Below are positions 36,288 to 49,878 of a DNA stretch of 64,000 bases, one piece after another (within the stretch, counting starts at the first letter, position 1; every line of letters begins with the position of its first letter). The stretch spans positions 62,001 to 126,000 of the forward strand of contig CDMY01000261.1 of the NCBI GenBank assembly GCA_001179505.1, written 5' to 3'. The position numbers were made by a program, and so were the translations under genes. The notes beneath the pieces are model-generated. The model was not told where the DNA came from. It ran no database searches and was given only the letters and a program-made list of their open reading frames with translations. Origin of the DNA: Vitrella brassicaformis CCMP3155. Taxonomy: Eukaryota; Protista; Chromerida.

Positions 36288-38417
36288 ATGATGGCCCAGC
36301 GTGAGCATCAGAGGGCGGGTGAGCGACGACAGAGGCAGGAGAGCGTCCTGCGGCAGGGAGAGTCACGGACCCGGCTGCGAGTGTCAATTGAGGAACAGGT
36401 CCGACAGGTGGCCCACCAGCTGCAGCTTCAACAGCCTGAGGGTGGCCGGCAGGGGCAGGCCGAGTTGCCTGCTCGCGTGCCAACACGCGAGACGGCAGAC
36501 TATGGCGCCAGGTTCGTGCCCGACCAGACGGTGGACGCCGCCCCGTTCCTCGACGGACCGGCTGCAGGAGGGCTCCCCGTCTCCGTCAACCGCCGCACGG
36601 AGTATCAGGGCACAAACCAACGCAATGGCGCCGACTTGTTCTCCAAATACACTCAAGTAGACCAAGTCATCAAACACCTACGAGTGGATGGATGTCGCCA
36701 TTCGTCGCTCTTTTTGTGTGTATCGGTCGGTCGTCAGGTGCGCGGCGCAGTGGGCTATGGGCGGCTGACAGGACGAGACGACGATGTCAGAGGGGGCTAT
36801 GGAGACGGTCACATGACGGGCCACCCATACCAGTATACACGGCCACCGACCGTTATGAGGTGAGTGTTCACTCCTTGTATGCAGTCACCCATATAGATCT
36901 ATTGCTCTCTCTGCTCCCTCTCACCTTTCAGTCCGCAGCCTACGACGCTTATGAATTCGCCTACCCGTATTTGCGTCCGGAGGAGCCCCAGCGTCCGGCC
37001 GGATACCCCAGCCAGATGAGCAGGGAGGCGCAGCAGTATGGCAGCGGCCGCCTCACGTCGACTGGACAGAACGACGCCTACGGTGGTGCTCCTCTCAGCA
37101 CTCGGCCACACCGATATGATGGGCGGCTTCCCTCATACTCGCAGCACCAGACCAACCACGGCCTCAGCTGGGACGGAGTGGGCGGCCAGCCGGACTACTC
37201 CTCGCGTCGAGCCTACCGCGCTCCAAGCAACATCAGCAAAGTCAGCAAGTCATCGGTCGTGTCCCGAGGCACCCAGTGCAGCATCATGACCACTCAGACG
37301 GCACTCGGACCCCAAAACACGACGCGTGGTGCGTCACGACACTACCAGCAGCAGCAGCAGCAGCAGAGGCCCATCGACCACGCCGGCCTGGAGGTGGAGG
37401 CGACGGCCAGTTCGGTGGGCCGCTACGCGCCGCCACCGGACACCCACAACACCCACAATGGTCAGGACAACGGATCAGGTGGCGGTTTCTTCGGCGGGAT
37501 GTTCTCGGGCTTGGGCTTCTTCCTGGGTGGGGGCCGGGCCGCTGGAGGTGAGGAGGGGTGTGGTGAGATGAGACACACATAGCCCTTCTCTGTCATTCAC
37601 TGGCACATCATCGACATGTCTGTCCGTCTGTCTGTCTGTCTGTCTGTGTCAGCGGTGCGAGAGGAGACGCGCGCGTCTCGTGGCGGTGCGGATCGCCGCT
37701 CCAATCGCCGACACATCGATGACGACCGCTACGCCTATGGTGCTCAGGTGAGTCTCACCAACACAGTGGTCACATACATACGCCATCCGCTGGTCATGCT
37801 GTGTCTGTCTGTCCTTCTGTCAGGGTGGGTCGTACGAGTCCCGCTACCACCGAGAACCCAAGATGGACAGGCAGCAGGCTATTGAGGCCTACGCGAGGGA
37901 GCTGGACAATTGGAAGGGCTTCTGGGAGATGGAGCTGCAGGAACGCTCGGAGATCCAAGAGCGGCTCCGCCGACAACTCGAGGAGCGGGCGGCGGAGCGG
38001 GAGAAGAAAATGGAGCGCTTCCACCGACAAGAGCAGGAGAAAATGGAGCGTGAGTGGCGTGAAGTGGAGGCCAAGAAGGACGAAATGCGCCGCAAAGAAC
38101 AGGAGCTCGAGGAGAAAAAGGAGCAACTCGACCAGCAGCTGCAGCAGCTGCAACACCAGATGCAGCAGCGGCAGCGTCTCAACAGCGACAACGAGACGGC
38201 AGACAACCAGCAGCAGACGAGCACCTCTGACACCGTCCCCCCGACCCCAACTGGAGCAGTGCAGGCGGCATCCAAAGTGGCTGAAGGAGACGCCACTGGC
38301 GAGCGACAGCGGACCCGCCAGATGCTGCAGGAGCTCGAGAACAGTCCGCATTTCTGCAACTTTCCCCCGGCGCCCGGGCAGTCGCCTGCTGAGCGACGCC
38401 GAAGTGTGCAGCAGTGA
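36288..38417 (+). pseudogene. Tandem copy B of the 31033-33113 gene, with a 2-nt insertion frameshift in exon 2
   Basis: Near-identical exons and introns to copy A. A reads cagTACACGGCC, B reads cagTATACACGGCC (about 36834). Splicing at the conserved sites gives TGA at 37017-37019. Confidence 0.7.
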
Positions 38418-38697
38418 CAGCCTTATGGTGTCAAGCAAAGGGAAGAGATGCATGGCTGTGTGTAGTGGTTGAGTGTTTGGTTGGCCGGCTAGTTGTTGAG
38501 TGCCTTGTCATTGGACGCTTGGATGGTCGGTCGTGAGCAGATAGAAAAATGAGACATATCTATGCCATATATGAAGCGTTGGCTTGATGTCCTCCGTGCA
38601 CTCAGCACAGGTCCACATATGCACACACTGATGCATGCCATGCATTGGTCGTCCGTCGAACTGTGGGCTCATCGGTCTGTCACATGCACTGGCACCC

Positions 38698-40368
38698 TCA
38701 GATGTCGTCTCTGGCGTCGATGAGGTCTGCGGGATCGGCGCCCGCGTTGAGTGCGGCGATGGCCTTGTCAGCGCGATGGACGCGGGATGGCCGCGACACG
38801 ACGACATTGAGATGGCCGTATCCGCCCGTCGCCACGTCAGAGATGGACGACACGACAGGCATGTCAGTCAGCAAGGTGATCAGACTTCCAGCCTGCCAAC
38901 GAGCTCTGCATCCAGAGACACACACAGAGAGATGAATGGTTGCCGGATGGTCTGTCTGCACATCCCTACCTGCCCGGTGTGATTTCCCGCGACATGAGGT
39001 TCTTGCACACCATTGTCGTGCCCAGCGATTTCATCAGCTCCTTGGCGAAAGGGCGCGACCACAGCGTTCGAAGCCTGCGTGCACACACATCCACAGGTGC
39101 ATGCCATGCGTGGATGCATACACTCGGTGCTGACTGACCTGGCCATTGCCTGCTGTGCAGTGCGGCCGCCGGCGAGCACTTGACCATTGAGGGCGGCGAC
39201 TTTGGTGCCAAGAGCGACGAAGTACTTGACCTTTCATTCACAAATCCAGGGACGAAGTCATTTGGCTGAGCATTCTGCGTGTGTTACCGATGCCATGGCC
39301 GAGTTGACACACATTCTCTGTGCGATGAAGGTGGGCTTCTGCAGACACGCGATGGCGTTCTTCGGCTTGACGCCTGCACACACACTCACAGACAGACAAG
39401 TGTATGTGGGAGGGAGGGAGACATGGATGGATGCGGGGAGTGAGACATGTGCATGTGCCTACCGAAGGGAATCAGTGCGTGAGCCATTCCCGTGGCTGTG
39501 AGCGCGGCGGGCAGCAGTGTCAGCGTAAACGGCTTCAAGAATGCCTTCGCGAGAGTCTCCTGCATGCGACAACACACAAAAGAATGAGACACATCCATGT
39601 GTGTCGCTCTCTATCTTTGTTTCCAGGCTTTTCACTCACCACCGGCAAGTGCTCTGCGGCGAGGCTGGGCAGCAAGTGGTTGCCGCCGCTCGTCTGCATG
39701 AACCGCGCCTCCTCCTTGTCCTGCTTCTCGAGAGCCCTCATGAAGTCATCGATCACTTTGGCCTCATCGACTGACGTCGCATCGGCGCCAGTCGGCACTT
39801 CCGGCACCTGCATGCCAACGGGAGGGAAGGACGCACCAGTTGACCCGCTGGGCGCGTAGCCGATCGGCAGGCCAGTGTTGGTGTTGATCTGCTGCACCTC
39901 CCGTGACACGTCTGGCGTCTTGTCGAGGTCCTCCTCTTCATTGTCCACGTTGTCCGATGCGGCCTCGAGATCGGCGGCGGGAGATGGTGGCTGCGGGACT
40001 GGCGGCTCGGGAGACACCGACACACTCGCGGGGATGGGAAAAGTGCCTGAGTGAAGGACAAACAAACATTGAGACACACAAAACGAAGACCAACATCGGC
40101 AGTCATGTGAGTGACTGTCTTACCTGTCTTGGGTTCGCCCTTCTTCTGAATGGGCTCTTTCGTGTGCATTGTCGATTTCTGTGGCACCATCACCTCCGCG
40201 TCGCCCATTCTCTCCCAATTCACCACAGATCCGCTCCGGTCGACAGCGCCCGACACATTGGGGACGCCATGTGAGTGCGCTGGCGGGGTCTTTGCGGAGG
40301 GACGCGCCGACCGCACGACAGGTGATGAACAGCACGAGCAGAAGCTCAAGGGTAGAGGTGAGAGACAT
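38698..40368 (-). CDS. Multi-exon hypothetical protein, start uncertain
   Basis: Phase-consistent exons GTFPIPAS..EHLPV / ETLAKAFLKPFTLTLLPAALTATGMAHALIPF / GVKPKNAIACLQKP.. / VKYFVALG..AMAR / LRTLWSRPFAKE.. / ARWQAGSL..DARDDI*. A signal-like MSLTSTLELLLVLFITCRAVGA at 40368 lies in a different frame from the exon that splices onward. Confidence 0.6.
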
Positions 40369-40499
40369 GTGTGCTTCCGTGTTGTGTGGTGTGGTGTGGT
40401 TGGTTGGTTGTTTGCTTTGTGTCGATCAGTCAGTCAGTCAACCAGCCAGCCGACGTTAGCAGGCACGGATTGCAATTGATTGTACCGATATCACACGTA

Positions 40500-43400
40500 C
40501 ATACACGTCCTTCAAAACATGCCAAGCAACACAACAGCTACATAGCAGACTGATTTCTTTGTCATTGACTGCAACGCACACGTGCATGCACAAGAAGGCA
40601 GCCAGGCGAACAAGACAACAAGACTCACAAGCAGGTAGGCAAGATGCAAGAACAACGTGCGCACACTCACATCGTCATGTGGTCAATCATCGTCCATCAC
40701 CATCAGTCACTCAAGGAACGAAAGACTGAATCACTCACTGAGCCATCCGCCCCTCCCTCTCCCTCCATGGCCACCCCCTCTCCATCCATCCATACATCAT
40801 TGATCCATGATGCATCCGTGTCGGTCAGTCATAGTGTACATCGCCTCAAGACAAGTCTGTTGTCCGGGAGCCAGCGACCAGCGCATCAACAGGCCAACCA
40901 CTCCACCCCATCGCCACCCGCCCCAATCTTTCCTCTCGTCCCCTTTGTTTGCGCCCAAAAGACCGAACAACGAGACCATCACACCACACCACGTACACCG
41001 ATAGATGGACGGAAGCAAACAAACGAACCAACGGTACAGATACATCCAGATAGATATGGATATGGATACGTACACGGCCTGGCCCCCTATAGATGACCTT
41101 CCATCCACTCGCCTGCCAGCCAGCTTTCAATTGGAATGCCGACTTGACCTGCGGGGATGGATGGATGGATGGTGCATAGATAGATGTACGTGTGTGTGTG
41201 GACATGCGCATGGATGGTGGAATGGATTGGAATGCGGGAGGGAGTGGGGACACGACGACGACGCGCACAGATGCTCACAGACACACACACACACACACAG
41301 CCCAGCCACTTCCTCTCTCTCTCTCTCTGCATGCAACAGGCACGACCGACCGATCGAGCGGTAACAGAGTTGGCGACCGACAGAGTGTTGGAGACAGAGG
41401 GTGACTAAGGCAGGTAGGTACGCAGTAGGTACGTACGTAAGTCATTGTCTGAGGGTGGGCGGGTGAGACAGAGGGCACAGCACAGCCATCCATATATGCG
41501 CGAAGTGGGAAAGCGTGGACTGGAGGGACGAGTGTGGGCGTGTGTGTAGATGGGATGGGATGACCATGTCATGTGTCGAGGGGAAAAATGGAAAGACTCT
41601 GCGAGCGAGCGACTGAGAACTAAGACAGCTCTGTGAGCAAGCTCATGCTTTACGCAAGGAATAGAGAGACGGAAAAGATACATATGTGACCCCTCCCCCC
41701 TCCCCTTCCCTCAGCTCCACCTCAGAGCCCTACCTCCACCCTCCCCTCCCTCCCCAGAGACAGACAGACAAATGCCACCATTCCAGATCCTCCCTCCTCC
41801 TTCCTTTATTGCCACCACAGATAGAGACCAAAACCGCCGACGCGCCACGCGTCAATCCAGCGAGCCACCCACCCACCAACCACCACACCAGACCACACCA
41901 GGCCAGGCCAGGCCAGAACAGAAGAGAACAGACAGTAGAGAGACGAGGGAGGGGAGAGGGAGGATGGGACGGAGGGAGAGACCAAACAGCAGACGCCGCC
42001 CGCACACGACACACATGACGCACACACCTGTGCTTCATCTATGCGGTATGAGCTGATCCAGCAACCTGGACATCCATGCCATGGATGGGCGTGCGCACAT
42101 GTGTCATGACGCGGCCGCGCGCGACAGACAGACAGGAGAAAAATGGAGGGCAGTGAGATAGATAGAGGGTGGGTACAGCGAAGCGAAGCGAGTCAAGTGG
42201 AGTGTAGAAGCGGGAGGGAGACAAATCAAGGCGAAGGCCAGGCCAGGTAAGGCAGATGAAGTTTGAGGTGGATGGATGGATGGATCGTATGTAAGCAAGG
42301 ATCACCCACGGCACGGCACGGCACGCTATAGATAAATACATGACATGTATATGTATGTGTATATGTGTACATGCATGTGTGTACGAACGAATGCACTCAC
42401 TCCCACCCCATCAGACACAGACAGACGAGAGACAGACAGAGAAACACCCGACGTGAATGAAAGTGGAAGAGTGTGTGGTAAAGACTTGAAGTCGAAGAAG
42501 TGGTAATCTCTGCCCCTCCCCATCCATCCGCCAGACAGAGAGCTCCCCCAGATCAGACCGTCAGTCCAGATTAGTCAAGTGTCCCCGTGCGATAAGTTAG
42601 CTGAGCTGCTCCCCGCCATTCCTTCAAAACCTTCACAGCCTCACAGCCCACCACACCGACCAGCCCCCTTCCGTCACGCAGCATTAGACCTTCCTTCATT
42701 CGTATGTGCACCTACATCGCCACTCATTGCTGCCACTGCTCTGTGGAACATGCATGCCCATCCTCTGCAGGAGGCAGCACCTGCTCTATATCAAGACGAG
42801 ATGCATCCTCAAGCAGCAGACAGACACGCGCGCACCAGCAGCCGCGACCAGCAACGTCGAGGGCGCATCCAGACCGATTCGTGCACGCGTCGTTGAAAGC
42901 AGTATCCCTCGCAGAAGAGATATAGAGACAGCCAGCCCTCCAAAACTGCCGACATGCTCGCTGCTCCCTCCCAGCTACGTAGCACAAAACCTGACTGAGC
43001 CAAACACACACACACATGCATACAAGACAGCACACGACACGACAAGACACGACACGACAAGGCACCACACGACACGCAGGAAGAGATGGATGATGCTTGA
43101 GAGCGAGATGATAAGAGTCGACTGAGCGGGAGAGCGCAGAGGAGAGCAGAGCAGCACCAGAGCACGGGCATTTACGGGAGGACACACTCAGCGACCGACA
43201 ACCTCTCATTCCGACACACAAAGACGCGCATCGACATCAGTTCTTCTTCTTCCTTCCAGCGGCCCTTTGAAAGCCAGCCAGCGTTAAGACACACACGAAG
43301 ACCACCATTACACGACCGGCCAAGGCACACACGCCCCCCTCCCTCTCTCCCTCCCTCCGTCCCTCCCAGACAGTGGTACAAATACTTGAGTATGCACCCA

Positions 43401-46400
43401 CCACCACGCACTCGGGGGCGTGGCCCATGATTCACTCACCATGCACACAATGAGGGAGGAAGACTCCACGTCTTGTCAGTCAGGGGAACGGGGTGGCCGC
43501 TAGAGAACCGACAACATCGTGTGTGAGAGCCACAGAGTCTCACAACCACGGAGTCAGTCAGACAAGTAAGTAGCCAGCCGGAAAATTGATGCAGCACCTC
43601 ACACCACACACCACACACAAGACACAACACCACACGCAGGGCAGCCAGGCGACCACACACATCCATCCACACCTCACACACATACAGACGGTGCCTGCCT
43701 TCAAAACTGCCAGTGCTCCCCCCCGCAGAACACACCGCAACCACACACTGCACCACTTATTCATGCCATGCCTTCGCTTTCACGCACTCAGTCGACCATT
43801 CGCAACGTTGTCTGCTTCGCATCGTGTGCCGTGTGTGTGTAACGCCGCTCCCGCCCCTCCACAGCCGAAAAATAAGTGCGTCCAGGTAGCTAGCTGTGGA
43901 AGAGCGAGCAGGTGCCAATCAGTCAGTCAGTCAGACGGTGGGGCACGCCGGCGGCGACAAAACTGCAGGCCGCACACAGAGTGGGCGGCCGCAGAGGGGC
44001 AAGAGACATGGCAGTGAGAGCGAGAAAAAAAAAGCGTCGACACGCAGACACCTGTTAGGCATGGTGTGCACACACGAGACAGGATGCACCCTGTGGTCCA
44101 GGACGGCTGGGACCTCATTCACCCAACTTCCGCCCTCTCTCTCTCTCTGTGGCGCGTTGTGTGGCCTGGCTTGAAAGCTCAGCCGTCCATCGAGGGGGCC
44201 ACACATGTCAAGAAACACCGATCGGCCCAAATGCACACAGCAACACACTAGCCAGTCAGCTGCCCACCAGGTGTACTTGATGGACGACGAGCGGCTCATC
44301 TCATCTCTCTTCGTCACCTGAGCGGACTGCCAGGGCGTCAGACCAGCACTCGTAGTGAGTGGCCTAGCGCACCGCTCATACGACGAACAGGAGACAAAGC
44401 GCAGCCACCACCACAGGATGCATGGCATGGTGAATGTATGGGATCCCAACCAGCCCAGTGCCCCATGCATGTGGTGAATTGCGGTGCGGTGCAGTGTGGT
44501 GCGGTGTTGCAGACTCACTCGGACACACTGACTGGGCTGCAGGCAGGCAGGCAGGCAGCCAGGGATATACAAAGGCTATCTTTACACACAACATAGTACT
44601 CTTACTTACTTAGATACTTACGTACTTACCACTCACTCACTCAGTAGTCAGTCACACTCAGTGCCCTCCGTGACTCCCTCTCTCGTGTCGGTTAAATCTA
44701 TCTTTCTCTTGTCCCTCCCTCCCTCCCTCCCTCTCTCTGCGGGCTCTCAGGTCTTCTCAAGTGCGCGGCCTGCCTACCGGTTTACACCAACACGTACGCA
44801 CATCGGTGAGCGGGTCAGTCAGTGACTGGGTGAGGTGAGGTGACATGGCGGCGGCTCGGGTCGGCTCGCCGCTGTTTGAAAAAAGCGCTACACGCATCCA
44901 TTCGTTCCTTTCCTCAGTCCATAACGCTGTCTGTCTTGCTGTCTGTCTCTCTCTCTGCGTTGCCGCCACAAATAAGAGTGAGTGAGTCATACATAAGCCA
45001 GTTAGTTCGTCATCAAGGTTAAAAAGAAAGAGGCGCGTGAGGCGATGAATGGGAGTGTGCGCACCAGTGAGTAAGTCAGTCAGTCTCTGATCGGTTGGTG
45101 CACTGTGCAATCAGTCAGTTTGTCGTGAATCGGTCGGTCGGTCGGTCTGCCAGCCAAAATTGCCCCAGACGCACGCACGAACACACTCACACGAACGAAC
45201 GCACACACAACACAGCCGTCTCTCTGCTGAGCACACCACGCACTCATCATCCACACACGCGCGCACTCCCCACCATCTCAGCTCGTTCGTCAAGTCAGCA
45301 CCAAAACTGCTTGTACGTGTGTGCCTGCCTGGGTGTGTGTGTATCTGGCTGTGTCAACGTGCAGCCGCGCTTGCCTCGACAAGAAAATTGGACGACAGAG
45401 AGCACAGCCGGCCGGACCAAGCCAAGCCAGGCCAGGCGGGAGAAAAGGGGCGGTCATGAGACGAACGGACAAAGCAGTCAGACAGTCAGTCAGTCAGTCC
45501 AACCTTCCAGCGAGGCAGCCCCTTCCAGCCAGGCAGTCATCAAGCAAGGAGGGCACACAGGGCCACCCACCCGGCACCGGGGCTTCTGCCGGCGCTTCAT
45601 GCATTTATTCACGCGTCACGTACGCTAGGCATGTATGTATGTATGGTACACACACACACATGGATTCAACCTGTCAGCACCAAGCAGCCAGCAAGCCAGG
45701 GAGGGTAGCAGACTTAGTGGGCGGGCGACCAAGCCACACTCACACACACGATCAGTCAGTCGGTCAGTCAGCGACGCTGTGCTCTCTCTCTTTCTCTCTT
45801 TCTCTCTCTCTCTCTCTCTTTCTCTCTCTACTAGCGTAACAGAGACCGTACAGAGGCCTCCCAGCAAGAAATAACTTGTCGGGCCATGTCAGCTGATCCA
45901 TGTATGGTATAGAATCGAGTAGGTAGACAGGACATGACGTGACGAATGTATGTATGCCGCCGCCGAGTGAGTCCTCAGTGAGCAGGCACAGCATAGCATA
46001 GCATAGCAGCCAGCCAGACAGCCAGTAGTGAGCACCACCCAGGGATGTCAACAAAAGGGCCGGGTGGAATCGGCCAACGCTCTGTTGTTCATCGATCGCG
46101 GTGGAGTCGGCACCGAAAACATCCCGTTGGTCGGCCCAGCCGCATCCATCCATGTGTGTGCAAGCAAGTACGTACGTGTCCGGCAGACCAAAGGCAAAAA
46201 GACACACACACATACACAGACAGACAGACATGAGAGCGGTCAGGCAGACAGAGATAAAGCCTAAAACGATGGACCCCCGGACGGTCCACGCACCTGTGTA
46301 TGACAGGCGGCGCAGTCATGCATATGTATGCATATGCATGGCATGGATGGCATCCATGTAATGTGCGCATGTACCCACGTACGTATTCCCAGCCGCATCA

Positions 46401-48702
46401 AGGGACACCCACACACATACAGACACACATACACACACACCGAGACAGGCAGGCAGGCCATGCAGTGGCATGAAATGGCGTGGCGTGTTCGGGAGGGTGG
46501 GGAGGGAAGGGAAAACTAGGCAAGCCAAGCAGACTAGAGGACGGGACACCGAGCCACCCACCCCGCCAGCCGCGCACACAAACATACAACAGCATACAAC
46601 CGACAACCGACAACAATCAAGTAATAACGACCAAAAAGTCCGAAGGAAGACTCACCTCACTCGACTGCACCGGATAGGCAGACAGGCAGGCAGGCCTCTT
46701 GCCGTGCATGTGCATCAGTCACGCGCCATGTGCCCCCACGCCCTCCCTGCCCCTCCCCTCCCCTGCCGTTCCTCCTCCCAGGCAACACCGTATTCGAGAG
46801 AGTGAGTACTCATCATTCTTCTGTCATTGATATCATGGGTGGGTAGATGGCCGGATGGACCGATTAATTAGCACGGTAGGTATGCAACGCATCATTCACA
46901 GCAGAGGGAGGGAGGGAGGGAGAGGCGGCCATCGAAGGAGTGAGCTTGGCTCAAAGGGGAAGAATCGACAGGGCGGGGAGAGGAGAGATGGGGGAAAAGA
47001 GCGCGGGCACGACAGCACAGCACAGCACAGAGGGCTCTCTTTGTTTGTCTCAGTGGAACGAACGAATCGAATTAGCACCACCTGCCTCTGCCTGCCTGGC
47101 AGACTGACTGACTGGCTCAACCGCGCGTAGAAGAATACGTACGTTGGTACGTATGGCAGTATGGGAGGGAGGGAGTCACTCACTTCGGACAAACAGATGC
47201 ACAAGCAAGAAAGCAACAACAAGCGACAACAGGCAACAGACACCCATTCATCAACACGACAGCAAGAGATGCCAACACGGATACACTCATTACAGACATA
47301 TCGACACACACGGCATGAGACGAGACGAGACAGACACACTTGACAAAATGCGACGGCGAGGAAGGAAAAGTGAGTACGCGACAACCAGGAAAGGCAGTGA
47401 GTTAAGTGGTGAATGGGTGGATGACGACTCGGGAAAACAGGCAGGCTTGCATCGTGCCGTCATCAAGCGAGCGAAAGAGGTGTGCCATGATGGATGGCTC
47501 ATGGGTGGCAAAACTGCAGCAGCCGGGCGCATACCTATCTAAGCACGCACTCATCGATCATCCTCTTCATGCCTCCTGCATGCCATCCTCTGTCACATCC
47601 ACGGCAAAACACTGAGTAAAGGAAAAATGGTAAAGGAGCGGGCCGCGTGGTGCTCACTCTCGCTCTCCCTCTCGTCTCTGGTGCTCGTGTGCATGTCTGA
47701 TTCGTATACGCAAGTCCGCCCAATCCATCCATCCACACTGTGTGCTCACGTCAGCCGGCACCCTCCCCTGTCTGCGCGCCGGCCCATCCCAATCTGTGGG
47801 AGGCGGCACACAGCCAAGGAGGGAGGCGCACACGCCTATAGGCAGGCAGTCAGGCAGTCAGGCATCTAGGTAGGCAACGGACAAAAATAATAACGGTGCG
47901 CCCCATGTCATGCCGTGCCATGCAATGAAATGTAGTGTAATGCAATGAAATGCAAAGCAATGGTGTCGGACATTAGTTGAACCCTCGACAACAATCAAAG
48001 ACAGCCAGTCTGGGTGAGTGAGTGAGTGAGAGAGTGATATGGCGCGTCGGCCTGCCATCGACATGGTGTCTGTGCTGTGGTGGTGCGTCGGGTTCGCCCA
48101 CTCCAGTAGCGGAGGAGCAGCGCACCACCGCAGCACAGCAAGGCAGTACTTACGGCTGGTCGGTCAGTCACTGTGCTTCGCCCACCCACCCCCTGTATGT
48201 GTGTAAGTATCCAATCCATCCATCCATCCATCCACCCAGTCAGCCAATCAGGCAGGCAGGCAGGCAGGAAGGGAAGGATGCATCAACAAATGAAGAAAAG
48301 ACGTCGGCGTCTGTGTGTCTCTGTGAGTGTCTGTGTGAGTGTGTGTGTGGATGTGTGTGGATGCGTGTGGGTGCAGGCAGGTACAGGACAGATCGGAGGG
48401 CACAGCGAAGAGTCAGTGAGCATTAGCAGGCACTCACGCACACACACACACACACTTACAAGCAGCCTGAGAGGAAGACAGTAAGCAGAAACAAGTTTCG
48501 TTCGTTCGTCCGAGTCAGTCAGTCAGTCAGTCCGTCAGTCGAGCCAAATATGACGCCAAAAAGCTCATTCGAGAGGGACACCCAGGCGACAGACAGAGAG
48601 ATCGAGACAGAGGGCGGATATACAAGTGGACAGGTGGTGCAGAGAGGGACAGAGCTTATGAAGGTCTCCACAGCGATACGATAGAGCGATATAAACACAC
48701 AC

Positions 48703-48737
<35 letters not shown>

Positions 48738-49800
48738 CAGGCAGAGAGTTCTCTTTCCTTCCCGTTCGTTCCTTGCTGATTCATCCATCCGTCCATCCGT
48801 CAATCGGGTCGACACTAGGCAGCCAGACACACACACGAGAGGCCACAGACAGAGGCGAGCCAGCCAGCCAGCCTGCCTGCCATCTTTGCTTTCTCTCTTT
48901 CTTCCTCCCGGTAGCTATGTTACAGCTCACCACACGTACGTCACTCACTCAACGATCGACCAACCCACTACGCACACGCTCACGGCCACGCGCACGACGA
49001 CACGACATGACACATCCAGGCTCAGCGCAACGGCAGACACATCGGCGGCACTGACCAAGGACGGTCGCACGTATGCAGGTGTATGTGTATGTATGTATGC
49101 ATGTCTGTGTCCCTGTTTCCTCTTTCCTGTGTCTCTAGTGAGACGGCCAGCAGCATTGAAACGGCCATACCATGACCATCACCGTCACCAGCAGGCAGAC
49201 AGGCAGAATAGCTGAGGTGAGATGAGGGGAGATGAGATGAGATGAGATGGCTGCCCGACGGAAGATAACCGCGACCACACATCCCTCTCTCCGCAAACAA
49301 GACGTATTCATTCAGTCATGCAGGCAGCCACCCCTCCCCCATTCAGTCAGTCAGGCAGTCAGTCCCAGTGAGTGAACGAGTCGAATCGACTCTCCTGCAT
49401 CGGTCGAATCCGATCTGCATCCGTCCGTCCGTCCCTCTTCTACGGGCGGCAGGCATCGTGTAGATGGCTGGATGAATGGATGGATAGATGGATAGATGGA
49501 TGGGCATGCTCTCATCATCCAACAGGCCACAAAGAGCATTATAACAGCCAGCCAGGCAGCCAGGCAGACAGACGGACAGACATCAGCCAGTGGAGCGGAG
49601 GAGTGGAGGGAAAACAGGACATAGGCAGGCAGGCAGTCAGTCAGGCAGTCAGGGAAACGGCATGGAAAATTCCCGGATAACATCACTACAATCAATCATT
49701 CAACCAGACAGACACTCAGACGAGACGACACAGGTGCAGACCCTCCTCCCCTCCCTCCCTCCCTCCCTCCGCCCTCTCACACACACCACTCAGTCAGTCC
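40500..49800. repeat. About 9 kb microsatellite-rich region with no credible coding exons
   Basis: Dense (CA)n, (GACA)n, (GGAT)n, (CAGT)n, (GGCA)n and (GA)n tracts; all ORFs are low-complexity (HTHT, CVCV, RQTD). Confidence 0.75.
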
Positions 49801-49878
49801 TAACGCACCACAAAGTGAATGCAATGCTACCATCCCATCTGGCCCGGCCCCCTCCATCCGTCCACCGATCCATCTGCC

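Noticed and set aside
30174-41335. ApiAP2-type TGCATGCA sites (30174, 33876, 34664, 40583, 41328)
   Set aside because: They occur both upstream and downstream of genes in DNA generally rich in TGCA/CATG, with no positional consistency.
40500-49800. CRISPR-like arrays, tRNA/snoRNA, LTR or transposase in the desert
   Set aside because: Only 2-5-nt tandem repeats; no repeat-spacer periodicity, cloverleaf, terminal repeats or RT/transposase motifs were seen.
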